Below are positions 53,223 to 64,000 of a stretch of DNA of 64,000 nt, one piece after another. The number at the start of each line of letters is the position of its first letter. Position 1 is the stretch's first letter. The notes beneath the pieces are model-generated. The model had not been told where the DNA came from. It made no database searches and worked only from the letters and a program-made list of their open reading frames with translations. This DNA comes from Chiloscyllium plagiosum. Its lineage: Eukaryota. The translations under genes were made by a program, and so were the position numbers. The DNA is taken from assembly GCF_004010195.1 (NCBI RefSeq), contig NC_057758.1:3251881-3315880 (forward strand), read 5' to 3'.

Positions 53223-54190
53223 CACAATTCGAAGAAACTGTCATGTTAGGAAGACTGAGACTATCTGTCAATAGTGGAGCTGGTATAATCGTGACGTCAC
53301 AGTCGACAGTGACAATTCCCCACTCTTTCATCATCTGACCATGCAGCATTTATGAAACCAGAAACATTTATTATGGAGTATGTACTCATTGTTCCGGCAA
53401 GGCCCCTGTCTTCAGGTTCCAAGAATTCTGTTGCATCCAATGATCGCCCCTGAAAGGAAAGCAAATCTAGAGTATAAGAAGACGGGTATTGTGCACGTTG
53501 CTCCCAATGTGTTCGGGAAAAGAGAACTGTAACAGGACGTATGCACTGTGCTCCCCAGTGTGGTCTGAGCAGGGGAGGTAGAGCTTCGGGTCTGTACGCT
53601 GTACTCCCAGCGTGGTCTGTTAAGAGAGGTAGCGAAATGGTCTGCACACCGTAGTCTGCTGTGGTCTGTTATAGAGATTGCAGGCAGGGAATATACACTA
53701 TCACTCTCCTGTAATCTGATTGGGGAGGTGGAGCCACAGACTGACCTCGGGTGTTCTCGGTGTGGCATAACCACTGAACACCCTGACCAGAACTACCATT
53801 AGTAACAAAAACTTAGATGTACGTGAAAAGTTTAAGATAAAAGGAAAGCATTCCGCGGTAACTGAAACCAATGAGATTTTTAAAATAAATTTGGAAGGAA
53901 ATCCAAACTGAGAGTGTTTCGTTCAGAGGCAGATCTCTTTGAGAACTGCGATAAGCAAGTGGATTCAAACTGGGAGATATCTCTGAATGACGTTTCAGGT
54001 CCATCCATTTTTCCTGTCTCTCGGAGTGGCTCGTCAGGCTGGAGACTGAAAGACTTACTTACCCCCATAAAGAATGGATTCTCTTAATCCACATTCAGAC
54101 TCGATGGGCTGTTCCAGCACCAGAAGTACAAGCACCAAGAGCGGTGCTCCCCACATCTTTAGCTGATCTCCTTGGAGGGATACTGAGCTG
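53223..54190 (+). pseudogene. Decayed exons (~53223-53485 and ~53900-54190)
   Basis: QFPTLSSSDHAAFMKPETFI resembles STRC TFPAAWSATQIAEMELSDF and OTOA CMEEDTFI. ERKANLEY resembles KEKAIQVW. ELR*ASGFKLGDISE*RFRSI resembles [22 protein letters not shown]. Confidence 0.6.
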
Positions 54191-54272
54191 ATCAGAGCCC
54201 CGTTTTCAAATATAAGAACACACTGTACCTTCAGTTATTGAATACACGTGCTTGACAAGTATTGCATCCTGC

Positions 54273-54493
54273 AGAACGTGAGGACTGCAGATGCTGGAGG
54301 TCAGAGAGGAAGACTATGGTTGTTGAAAAGCACAACCCGAAAAGCAGCATCTGAGGAGCAGCAGAGTCGATATTTCGAGCATAAGCCTTTCATCAGGAAT
54401 TTCTGCTGAAGGGCTAATGACCAAAACTTCGACTCTCCTGCTCCTCGGATGCGGCCTGACCCGCAGTCCTTTTCCAAAACCCACACCTTTCGA
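54273..54493. mobile_element. Short palindromic Penelope-derived element
   Basis: Inverted arms centre near 54400. Relatives are at 17295-17450, 56605-56755 and 59315-59890. Confidence 0.65.
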
Positions 54494-54949
54494 TGAAGTA
54501 TTGCAACTACTCCAGTCTGTTGAAGTGAGTTTCCGAACTGATTTTTTTAAAGAAAGACTCCTCAAAAAGGTTTTACATGCTGCGTGAGTTGTATTATTTT
54601 TATGTCTCTCTGAAGTTGCTTAGCATCCTCGCAATTCACTATTGACCCTAATCAATGTCATTTCCAGTTTGAGGGATTTTATCCTCATTAGCTATCTCTA
54701 AATTATTCATCTAAGTAAGAAAAAATAACAATAATTCAGGAAGTTATTCCATCGGAACGCCACTTCAGATCATCTCTGAAATGAGGAACGATTACCTACC
54801 ATACCCTCTTTTTCCAATCTTTTAGCAATTTTTAAACAATGTTGCCAATGACCAAGCCATCCCAAACATTTGTAATTTGCTAACGAATTTGTCACATGGC
54901 ACTGCCACAAATACTTTCTGAAACTCCAAAGAAACATCATTCGCAGTCC

Positions 54950-56400
54950 TCCTCGGGTAGGTCCGATCAAGGACAGTAGTGGGAGACTGTGTATTGAGTC
55001 GGAAGAGATAGGAGAGGTCTTGAATGAGCACTTTTCTTCCGTATTTACAAATGAGAGGGACCGTATTGCTGAAGAGGAGAGTATGAAACGGACTGGTAAG
55101 CTAGAGGAGATACTTGTTAGGAAGGAAGATGTGTTGGGCATTTTGAAAAACCTGAGGATAGACAAGTCCCACGGGCCTGACGGGATATATCATCGAATTA
55201 TATCGGAAGCAAAAGAGGAAATTGCAGAGCCGTTGGCAATGAACTTTTCGTCTTCACTGTCAACTGGGGTGGTACTGGGGACTGGAGAGTGGCGAATGTT
55301 GTGCCCCTGTTTCAAAAAAGGGAATAGGGATAACCCCGGAAATTACAGGCCTGTTAGTCTTACTTCGGTAGTAGGCAAAGTAATGGAAAGGGTACTGAGG
55401 GATAGGATTTATGAGTATCTGGAAAGACACTGCTTGATTAGGGACAGCCAGCACAGATTTGTGAGGGATAGGTCTTGCCTTACAAGTCTTATTGAATTCT
55501 TTGAGGAGGTGACCAAGCATGTGGATGAGGGAAGAGCAGTGGATGTAGTGTACATGGATTTTAGTAAGGCATTTGATAAGGTTCCCCATAGTAGGCTTAT
55601 GCGGAAAGTCAGGAGGCAGGGGATAGAGGGAAATTTGGCCAATTAGATAGAAAACTGGCTAACCGGTCGAAGGCAGAGAGTGGTGGTAGATGGTAAATAT
55701 TCAGCCTGGAGCCCAGTTACAAGTGGACTTCCGCAAGGATCTGTTCTGGGTCCTCTGCTGTTCGTAACCTTTATTAATGACTTGGATGAGGGAGCCGAAG
55801 GGTGGGTCAGTAAATTTGCAGATGATACGAAAATAGGTGGAGTTGTGGACAGTGAGGAGGGCTGTTGTCGGCTGCAGAGGGACTTAGATATGATGCAGAG
55901 CTGGGCTGAGGAGTGGCAGATGGAGTTCAACCCTGCCAAGTATGAGGTTGTCCAAATAAGAATGCGGAATACAGGGTTAATGGTAGGGTTCTTAGTCAGG
56001 TGGAGGAATGGAGAATAGGTCGCACGAGGATAGGTTGAGAGTGCTAGGCCTTTTCTCATTGGAACGGCGAAGGATGAGGGGTGACTTGATAGAGGGTTAT
56101 AAGATGATCAGAGGAATAGATAGAGTAGACAGTCAGAGACATATCCCCCGGGTACAACAGAGTGTTACAAGGGTACATAAATTTAAGGTGAAGGTGGAAG
56201 GTATAGGGGGGATGTCAGGGGTTGGTTCTTTACCCAGAGAGTGCTGGGGGCATGGAATGCGCTGCCTGTGGGAGTGGCAGAGTCAGAATCATTGGTGACC
56301 TTTAAGCGGCAATTGGATAAGTACATGGATAGGTGCTTAACCTCGGACAAATGTTCGGCACAACATCGTTGTTCTATGTTCTATGTTCTATGTTCTATGT
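54950..56400 (+). mobile_element. Young CR1 ORF2 (RT) with internal deletions and (gttctat)n tail
   Basis: Contains NYRPVSLTSVVGK, DFSKAFDKVPH, PQGSVLGPLLF, SKFADDTK and LFSLERRRMRGDLIE. Confidence 0.96.
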
Positions 56401-56904
56401 CCTCCCTCATATACTGACTATGTTACGTCATCAAATACCTGAATCAGCTTTGTCAGGCATGACCTGCCCTTTACAAAGCAATGTAGACTGTCTCGTGTGG
56501 ACCTATTTTCCTTATACTGTATATTTTAGCTTATTTTGTACTTTGGCTCCCATCAGTCTTCCCATTATTGCTGTCAAGCGAACAGGTCTGCAGGTTTGCT
56601 AGATTAGGAGAAAGTGAGGACTGCAGACGGTAGAGATTAGCGTCGAGAGTGTGGTGCTGGAATAGCACAGCAGCTCAGGCAGAATCCAAGGATGAGGAGA
56701 ATCAACGTTTCGAGCAAGGGCTTTTGCCTGAAACGTCAATTCTCCAGCTCCTCTGAGTTTTCTAGATTACACCTTTCTTAAACAAGTGTGACATTTTAAA
56801 CATCTAGCGTTTAAGGTCATTGAGGATCGATATGAATGCAGCTGGGCAGAGGGTAACATTCTGTGGATACCCTGGGCTGAAATGATCAGACCCCCAGAGT
56901 CACT

Positions 56905-57095
56905 ACTGCATTGCTCTGTGACAAATACAATTGCAACCATTGACTCCGATGGTCTCCGTTGTCTTCAACGTTCTTGAAGCCACACTCAGACAAATACCAC
57001 CATGCTCTGAAGGGCAGTTGCTCTTACGTTCCGCTTTTAGCCCAAAAACTTGCTGTATGTTTGGCATCTGTTCCACGAAATCACAAAAATGCTGG
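56905..57095 (+). pseudogene. Decayed exon
   Basis: CSVTNTIATIDSDGLR resembles OTOA CAINITEIPLIKISEFR. PCSEGQL resembles STRC QCSEEQL. Confidence 0.55.
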
Positions 57096-58646
57096 GTGTA
57101 TTTTTGTGTACAGGAGGCCACTCGAAACAATTTTTTTGAATTGGCTGTTTGAAGGAGCGTCATAACTGATTGGCAATCTCCTTGGATTTCGCCAGCACCT
57201 TGCATATCCAATCTGTTTAAATCTCCATTAAATGCCTCTTTTGAAAACCACAATAGAATCTGCCTCCGCCTTACTTCCAGACAGCAATTCCAGAATAAAA
57301 CTCAATGCTTTGAGGAATAAACAACTTTCTCACCTCAAGTATGTTGCTTTTCAAGTCAGTTGAAATCTGTGCCTGACTCCACACCCCATGGCTCTCTGTC
57401 ACTTACGAGCGAGAAACGGTCGATCTTGATCGCCTCTGTTCAACACCATCGTGAGGCTGGAGCCACTGATCCTTTTCCTGTGCAAGGCAAATGTGCCACA
57501 TCTTAATATCTTCAGAACTGCTTTTATTGCACGGAACCCATTCTTTTAAAGCTCTTTTGCGCTATCTTTCTCTTCACTGTGCTTACATCCAGCTCAAACT
57601 GTGGCGTCTGCAAATACAGAAGATGCAATAAAACGAATGGAGGTTGCAGTGCAGGGTTAACTAGGTTGAATTACAAATGCAAGATTGAGCGAGAATCAGT
57701 CACGTCCCTCGAGAAAAGGTCTGCAGTTTCCCAACAACGATGGACACAATGCTTGACTGTGTGAAGCTTCTCTTTAGGTATTATCTATAAAACCAAACCA
57801 CGTTATTTTACAATGTTTAGGACATAATCTGTTGATGATCGGTATATTAAACCATTCAGATTTGTGCATTGTCCCTGCTTTATCATATTCCTTGACAGCT
57901 CACTTCTTGCAACTTATGTAAAACCTTGATGGTAACCAGCGAGACGGCAGAACCATTTGGAAGCATTTATTCCACAAACCAACAAAGAATCAACCACTGT
58001 TTAACAATCTGGAGAAATGAATCAGGGCAGGGTGAGAGAGAGACGGATAGAGATAGCAAGAAGCGAGGCAGAGATGGTGAGGGAAGAACAAGGACAGAGT
58101 GGTAATGATGCGAACGAGTGGAATGAGATCAAGAAGAGAAAAGGACACTGTAGCACGTGTACAGATAGTGGTAGAAAGAGATTGTGGAAAAGCAGTGGGT
58201 GAGAGAGAAAAGACAGAAGGTGAATCAGAGTAAGGTAGAGCTACAGATTGAGACGTAAACATAGAGACGGATAGGAAGGAGAGAACCAAAGAGAGAAAGG
58301 AGTGAACTGAGAAAAAGACAGATAGAATTATGAGAATGGTCAGGACAGAAGTGAATAAAAGAAAGGAAGGGGAAAAAACCGAGATGGAAGAATAATGCAG
58401 TACAGAGGAGGCTGTTTGGAAAATCAATTTGCACATCATTCTATAATCCTGGCATTCATAGTCCTTAGTTAGACCATACCTGGAGATCTGCACACGCTTT
58501 GGGACTTCGCATCCCTTGGTTGACTGCATTTGCAGCACTGTTCCAGTTTTGATATCGCTAATCTCGAATATACCTGGAGCACTGTACGTAGTTTTGGTCT
58601 CCATAGATCACAGTTGCAGCATTTTGAACAGTTTTACTCTGTGTAT

Positions 58647-58648
<2 letters not shown>

Positions 58649-58711
<63 letters not shown>
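58649..58711. repeat. (CA)n microsatellite
   Basis: About 31 perfect CA units. Confidence 0.98.
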
Positions 58712-58713
<2 letters not shown>

Positions 58714-58784
58714 TCTCTCCCCTCCATGATAGGTCTTTAAACTGAACAGATTGGGGAAATTTCTGATCTCTTGCCCCATTCTAG

Positions 58785-59214
58785 GTATCCGCGCATGTTT
58801 ATTTTAGAAGCTGCTGTGCAGCACTTTGTGCAATTCGGTGGTGTTCTGGACGTCAATAAAAGTTACTTCAAACGAAGTGAACAGGTCCAATCCTGGACAT
58901 CCTTGGGAAGCTGTGGTCCAAGAACAACTGAAGGTGAGACTGCAGTGGTACACGGAGTTAGCTCAGCACCACCTTCTCAAAGACAGTTGGGGCTGAGTAT
59001 AGAATGCTAGTCCCAACAGGGACACAGGTCGCGCCAAAGAAAAATATAAAAATGAACTGATACCTTGTTGATAACCTCACGGGCCGGGTACTTATTTCAA
59101 TCTCTATTTCCCATTGGCAGTGTTTAGATGAAGAGGATGTCAAGAGCAGCCCAAAGTGCACCTCAGGAATGAGCGACAGTCTTGCTGAAGATTTAATAAA
59201 GAAAGACATGCAAG
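58785..59214 (+). pseudogene. Decayed exons (~58785-59027 and 59121-59214)
   Basis: LEAAVQHFVQFGG resembles OTOA AESILQGYLDDSG. The exon bounded by ccattggcag| and caag|gtaaat reads LDEEDVKSSPK..SGMS and is close in length to the AGLTKAELRMLDK segment. Confidence 0.5.
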
Positions 59215-59899
59215 GTAAATACTGGGAGCAGCACAGGCGAATGAAACAATGCATTGTAATAGGAGCTCGGTCATCCCACGCTCACCGGATTAGTTCTCCA
59301 GTCCTAACAACTAGTTGTGGGAGAAAGTGAGGATTGTAAATACTGGAGATCAGAGTCGAGAATGTGGTGCTGGAAAAGCAGAGCAGGTCAGAATGCATCC
59401 GAGGAGCAGGGGAATCGATGTTTTGGGTGTAAGTCCTTCATCAGGAATGAGGCAGGTTGGTCAATGGGGCTAGGATACAAATAGGAGGGGTGTGTGACTG
59501 GGGGAAAGGTAGTTGAGAATGCAACAGGCAGGTGAAGGTGGGGAGAAGGTGGTCGGTCGGAGGAGGGTGGTGTGGATAGATCGTAAAGATTGTGGACAGA
59601 CCAAGGTGGTGTTGGCGAGTTGGAGGCTTGGAACTGGGGTAAGATGGTTGGGGGAAAGTGGAAATGAGGAAACTGGTGAAATCCACGTTAAACCCGTGTG
59701 ATGGCAGGGGCCCAGGTTGGAAGATGAGGAGTTCTTCCTCAGATATCTGATGGTCAGTGTTTGTGGAAATGTGATCCTCTGAAGAGTTTTATCATCAAAC
59801 CCCACAATCAGTTGTTGAGAGTGTGGTGCTGGAAAAGCACGGCAGGTTAGGCAGCAGCAGAGGAGCTCGAGAAGTGATGTGTCGGCCCAAATTTCCAAA

Positions 59900-60630
59900 C
59901 TTCAGCAAGATCTGGAAAATATCCAGAATTGTCCAGGCAATGGAAAATAATATTTATGCCAAACATGTATCAAACGTTGTCCATCTACAACAAGAAAGAA
60001 CCAAACTATCGTCCCTTAGCCTTCAATGGCATCACAATCACTGAGTCTCACACTGTCAACATAAGTTGACAGAAAATCATAGCATTCACCATATAAATGT
60101 TATGGCACGTCACAGACTAGGAATCCTAAAGTGAGTAGCCCACCTCCTGATTCCCTGTATCCTGTTCACCAACAAGTCAAACGTCAGGAGTCTGATGGAA
60201 TGCTTTACAAGTGCCTGGATGAGTACAGCTCTAAAAACACTCGAGAAGCTCGAAGCCATCCAAGATAAACAGCCCACTTGAATGCCATCACATCAACAAG
60301 TATTCACTCCGCCTCAATCGACGCTCAGCAGAAGCAGTTTTTGTTTACTTCAGAAATTCAAGAAAAATCCTTCGACAGCACCTTCCAAGCACATAACCCC
60401 TGCATTTTAGAAGAACAAAGGCAGCAGATACATAGGAAAATCATTACCTGCAAGTGCACCTTCAAGTCATTCGCTATTGTGACTTAGAAATATATTGCCA
60501 TTCCTTCACTGTCATATGGTCAGAATCCTGGAATTGCCTCGCTGTCTATCTACAGCACATGGACTGTAGTGGTTCAAGAAAGCGATTCACAGCGGTAATA
60601 CTTGCTGGCCCAGCGATCCAACTTGAACGT
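59900..60630 (+). mobile_element. LINE 3' fragment, same family as 1560-2372
   Basis: Shares ccttcaatggcatcacaatcactga, gtcaggagt..tggaat and ccttcgacagcaccttcc with that copy. Confidence 0.75.
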
Positions 60631-61094
60631 TCCAGGAGGGACCTTAAAAAGCTGAACTCATGGAAATTTTATGTTAAATATTTCAGGTTTCGTGTACATG
60701 TCCCACCGACAGACAGTTACCTGTTGCTACATGATCAGGAACAGCTCCTTTCTTGTAACTTTGCTAAGCGTTGTCAGCGAGGAGGCAACGTATGACAGCA
60801 CCACGTTTTCAAAACACAAATGTTTAACAAGCTCGTAAACAGCTCGTAATCAGAAACTTTCTACCATCTGGTCGGAGAGATGAAAACAGGTGATTAATAT
60901 ATGGAGAGATTGTACAACAGATGGAGAGGGAGTGAGAATGATAATGACAAAGAGGCACAGTGTGAGGTCCAACAAAATAAAGTAATGAAAGAGCAGATAT
61001 AGAAAAGGGAAAGGCAGACAGACAACGAGGTTCAGAGACAGAAGAAGAAATTTGAGAAGGGAAAAGAGACAAGGGAGCAAGCTTCACCCGAACG

Positions 61095-62345
61095 AATGTG
61101 CACAATTCTGTTCACCGTATACCTGAAGTAATGCAAGCTTACAGGACTGTGCACAAGTCTGGTCTGTGTATTCAGACTTGGAAGACTGCATGCAGTTCTA
61201 CTCTCCACGTGCTTCAGTTAGACCATCATTAGAGCACTGTGCATAGTTAGGAGCTCCATATCCTTTCATTAGACTTCGTTCGTAGCACTTTGCACAGTCC
61301 TGGCTTCTGTATCCATGACTTAGAACACAGGAGAGCACAGTGGACAGTTGTAGTCTTTGTATCCATTGATTAGACCACACATGGAGCACTGCGTGCAGTT
61401 CTTGTCTCCATCTCCCTTAGTAAGACCATACTCAGATGATCATGCACATGCCCCGACTCCAAATTTCTCAGCACTATACATCGTTCTGGTCTCCCTATCC
61501 CTTTGTTAGGCCAAAGTTTCATTTCGCATTTCTCATCTGCATTTTGCATGATGTGACGAAAATGGGAGTACACGGCCCCAACCTAATCTTTCCTCCCTCA
61601 GTTTAGTCACATTAGGCTAGCTGCACACTGTTCCAAATTTATATCCCTTGGCTGGACTACTTCAGAGCGCTGCTCCGACTTCTGTTCTCCATATACTTTG
61701 ACTGTAATTTGCTCCATACTCTCTGCACAGTTCTGGTCTCTGTATCATCTTTCAGAACTCACTGCAATCAACATGCAGTGCTCCAGTTCCGAATCCCCAG
61801 CTCAGGCCACGCTTCATTTCTGGGTCCCATGTGCCTCGGTCTAACCTGATATGGAGCAAAATGCAATGTTCTTATCTTTGTAACTGTTGATTACACCACA
61901 TCTGGAGTGTTGCGCACAGTTCTGGTCTGAACATCCCTCAGTTAGACCACACTTGGACCACTTCGTACCTTTCTGGATATACACCCCTTTGTTAAACAAA
62001 CATACTTAGGGATCATTCTATAATCCTGGCATTCATAGTCCTTAGTTAGACCATACCTGGAGATCTGCACACTCTTTGGGACTTCGCATCCCTTGGTTGA
62101 CTGCATTTGCAGCACTGTTCCAGTTTTGATATCGCTAATTTCGAATATACCTGGAGCACTGTACGTAGTTTTGGTCTCCATAGATCACAGTTGCAGCATT
62201 TTGAACAGTTTTACTCTGTGTATCCCTCAGCCAGACAACGCCCGGAGCACTGTGTACAGTTCTGGTCTCTAAAATCCTCAGTTGGAACACACTTGCACCA
62301 TTAAATGGAGTTCTGGTCTATGTATTCTTCAGTTAGAACTCACCA
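61095..62345 (+). repeat. Degenerate ~50-bp tandem array derived from the CR1 '[14 protein letters not shown]' motif
   Basis: Recurring gttagaccacac.tggagcactgtgcacagttctggtctcc units. Confidence 0.75.
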
Positions 62346-62434
62346 TACCAATTTCAAAACACAATAGGCTCACTTTAGCTTATATTACTTGCCTGAAACA
62401 TCAGTGAGACTCAGATATCCCTTCTGTCTCACAG

Positions 62435-62560
62435 CGTTGGTTAAGACGATCTGACAGAACTGAATTATCTGAGGCAAAGATTCAGCAGTTCACTTAACAT
62501 CGCCGACTGTCCTCACGACCTATCACAAATTGAATGACGAGGATATGAGGTCATAGGAAA
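62435..62560 (+). pseudogene. Candidate near-terminal exon
   Basis: Acceptor cttctgtctcacag. ELSEAKIQQF resembles OTOA ELSAEQIASL. A frameshifted YHKLNDEDMRS* resembles RRRLSPLQLQSL. Confidence 0.5.
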
Positions 62561-63569
62561 ACTAAGAGCTGGACAGCTCCCTCTGTACCTCACACACCAC
62601 CAACACTTGAACTCCTTCCTTCACTATCACTCTATTTTAAGGTCATCTTTTTTATCTCTGTTGTCTTTTATTTCCACTGGATGGCCTGTCTTGCCGGAGG
62701 AACAGGGCGAGATCACAACTGTCACATGAAGGTTATGATCCTCTGTGGATGTCTGTCAAGGAGCTATAAGATATCAATGTGAGCCTGCCTTTTTTTCTGA
62801 ACTTCCCTCCCTCCCTGGAGACAGCAGAATACAAGGTGTTCGGTGATAAATGAGAGACGGACAAGAGGCAGTGATCAATGAAGTGAGTTTTATTTCCATC
62901 TATTAGAAAACAAAACGCCGGGGACATTGTCTCGCTGAATGGAGACTATCTCGAAATGAAGAAATGAATGTGAGCTTCATTCGGTGTCTCAGATGGGTTC
63001 CTTTCTGGGATTTGTTTACTTTATGGGGCTTATTTCAACGAGCAACACTTGAAAATTTAGACACATCTGAAAGTGAGTATTTCACCTTTTATTTTGCATT
63101 GGTGTAACCTGTAAGTCTCTGCCCGACAACCTGTGAAACAGACAGAAAGAATTCATCAATTCCGTTGTTCGTGACCCACAAGGTCAGAAGTATATTGACT
63201 GCTCTCTTGGACAGATGTGAAACGGAGGTTTATAAAAATAACGATTGAACCTATAGTTTGTCAGTTGTCGGGCTGACCAAAGTGTGTACCGTCTGTACTG
63301 AACCTGGCCATGGGTAGAACAATAATCACGTTGTCACCAAATAATGAGAGAGCAAACCTGTGCTCAGTGTTCCAATGGTGAGTTCCCAAATGCATGTCAG
63401 AGCTGTCACTGAGCACATTGCTGCAAGTGAGGTCTGGCCAATCAGCAATGTAAGTGGAAAGAGTCTAGAACAACCAATCATGACGCAAAACTGCCTCGAG
63501 GGATTGAATGGCCTCCTTCTCTTCACAAGAACATTCCGTTCATTGTTCACTGAGAGGTGTACTCATCTA

Positions 63570-64000
63570 TCAGACCACGAGAAATAGGCCACTTCGCCCC
63601 CGAAGCCTGTTCTTCCATTCAATAGAATCATGGTGATTCGACATACCTCATGTCCACTTTCCTTCCCTTTCCACATATTCCATCATTCACCAACTGACCA
63701 ACAATTCATCTCTCTCAGCTGTAAATATAAACAAGGACTCTGGCCCCACATAATGAAAAGGCGCTCCAACACAGGAATAAAATATATCCCTCCCTATCTC
63801 AGTCTTCAATTGGTTCCCCTTTATTCTGAGACTATACGATTTGATCCTAGACTCTCCTATAAGGGGAAATATCTGCTCAGCATTTACCCTTAAGGTTCAT
63901 AAGAATCCCATACGTTTCAATGAGATTATCTCTCAAGGTTGTAAACACCAGTCAGTACACTATCACACTGCTAAGTATTCACTCCAGAGACCACCCCTCC
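63570..64000 (-). mobile_element. Degraded CR1 3' end
   Basis: CR1 3'UTR-like gaaataggcca..ttcgcccccgaagcctg..ccattcaat. Confidence 0.6.

Larger units (their letters stand above)
31103..62560 (+). pseudogene. Decayed otoancorin/stereocilin/mesothelin-family gene (multi-exon pseudogene)
   Basis: About 18 exon-like islands translate into peptides collinear with recalled OTOA/STRC/MSLN sequence. They carry many stops and frameshifts. Several canonical ag/gt boundaries remain. Confidence 0.7.

Noticed and set aside
57990..58604. 204-aa hydrophobic minus-strand ORF
   Set aside because: It is the translation of a low-complexity pyrimidine tract plus CR1-derived satellite.
61095..62345. CRISPR-like array
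   Set aside because: The context is eukaryotic, the units are degenerate with no repeat-spacer structure, and there are no cas genes.
31000..64000. Immunoglobulin or TCR segments with recombination signal sequences
   Set aside because: I saw no convincing heptamer-nonamer pairs or V/C-domain motifs.

Overview
Vertebrate nuclear DNA, most likely from a shark, judging by HE1-type tRNA-derived SINEs, abundant CR1/HER1-type LINEs and Penelope elements. The assembly has two N gaps. Most of the window is nested, mostly decayed retroelements: CR1, HE1 SINE, Penelope, Gmr1-like Gypsy, RTE and Rex1/Babar. No intact host gene is present. The non-repeat islands between ~31.1 and ~62.6 kb translate on the + strand into an ordered series of broken peptides. 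By eye, these match the otoancorin/stereocilin/mesothelin (OTOA/STRC/MSLN) family collinearly from N- to C-terminus, with stops at conserved Trp/Cys codons, frameshifts and damaged splice sites. I read this as a heavily decayed ~31 kb pseudogene that may carry extra repeated modules and an unusually long exon. These matches are to protein sequences recalled from memory and need a translated search to confirm. Other points: a ~4-5 kb tandem duplication with copy-specific insertions, hammerhead-ribozyme motifs in Penelope terminal repeats, an in-frame stop-free antisense SINE inside a CR1 ORF2, a templated inverted patch inside a SINE, and a satellite derived from a CR1 RT motif.
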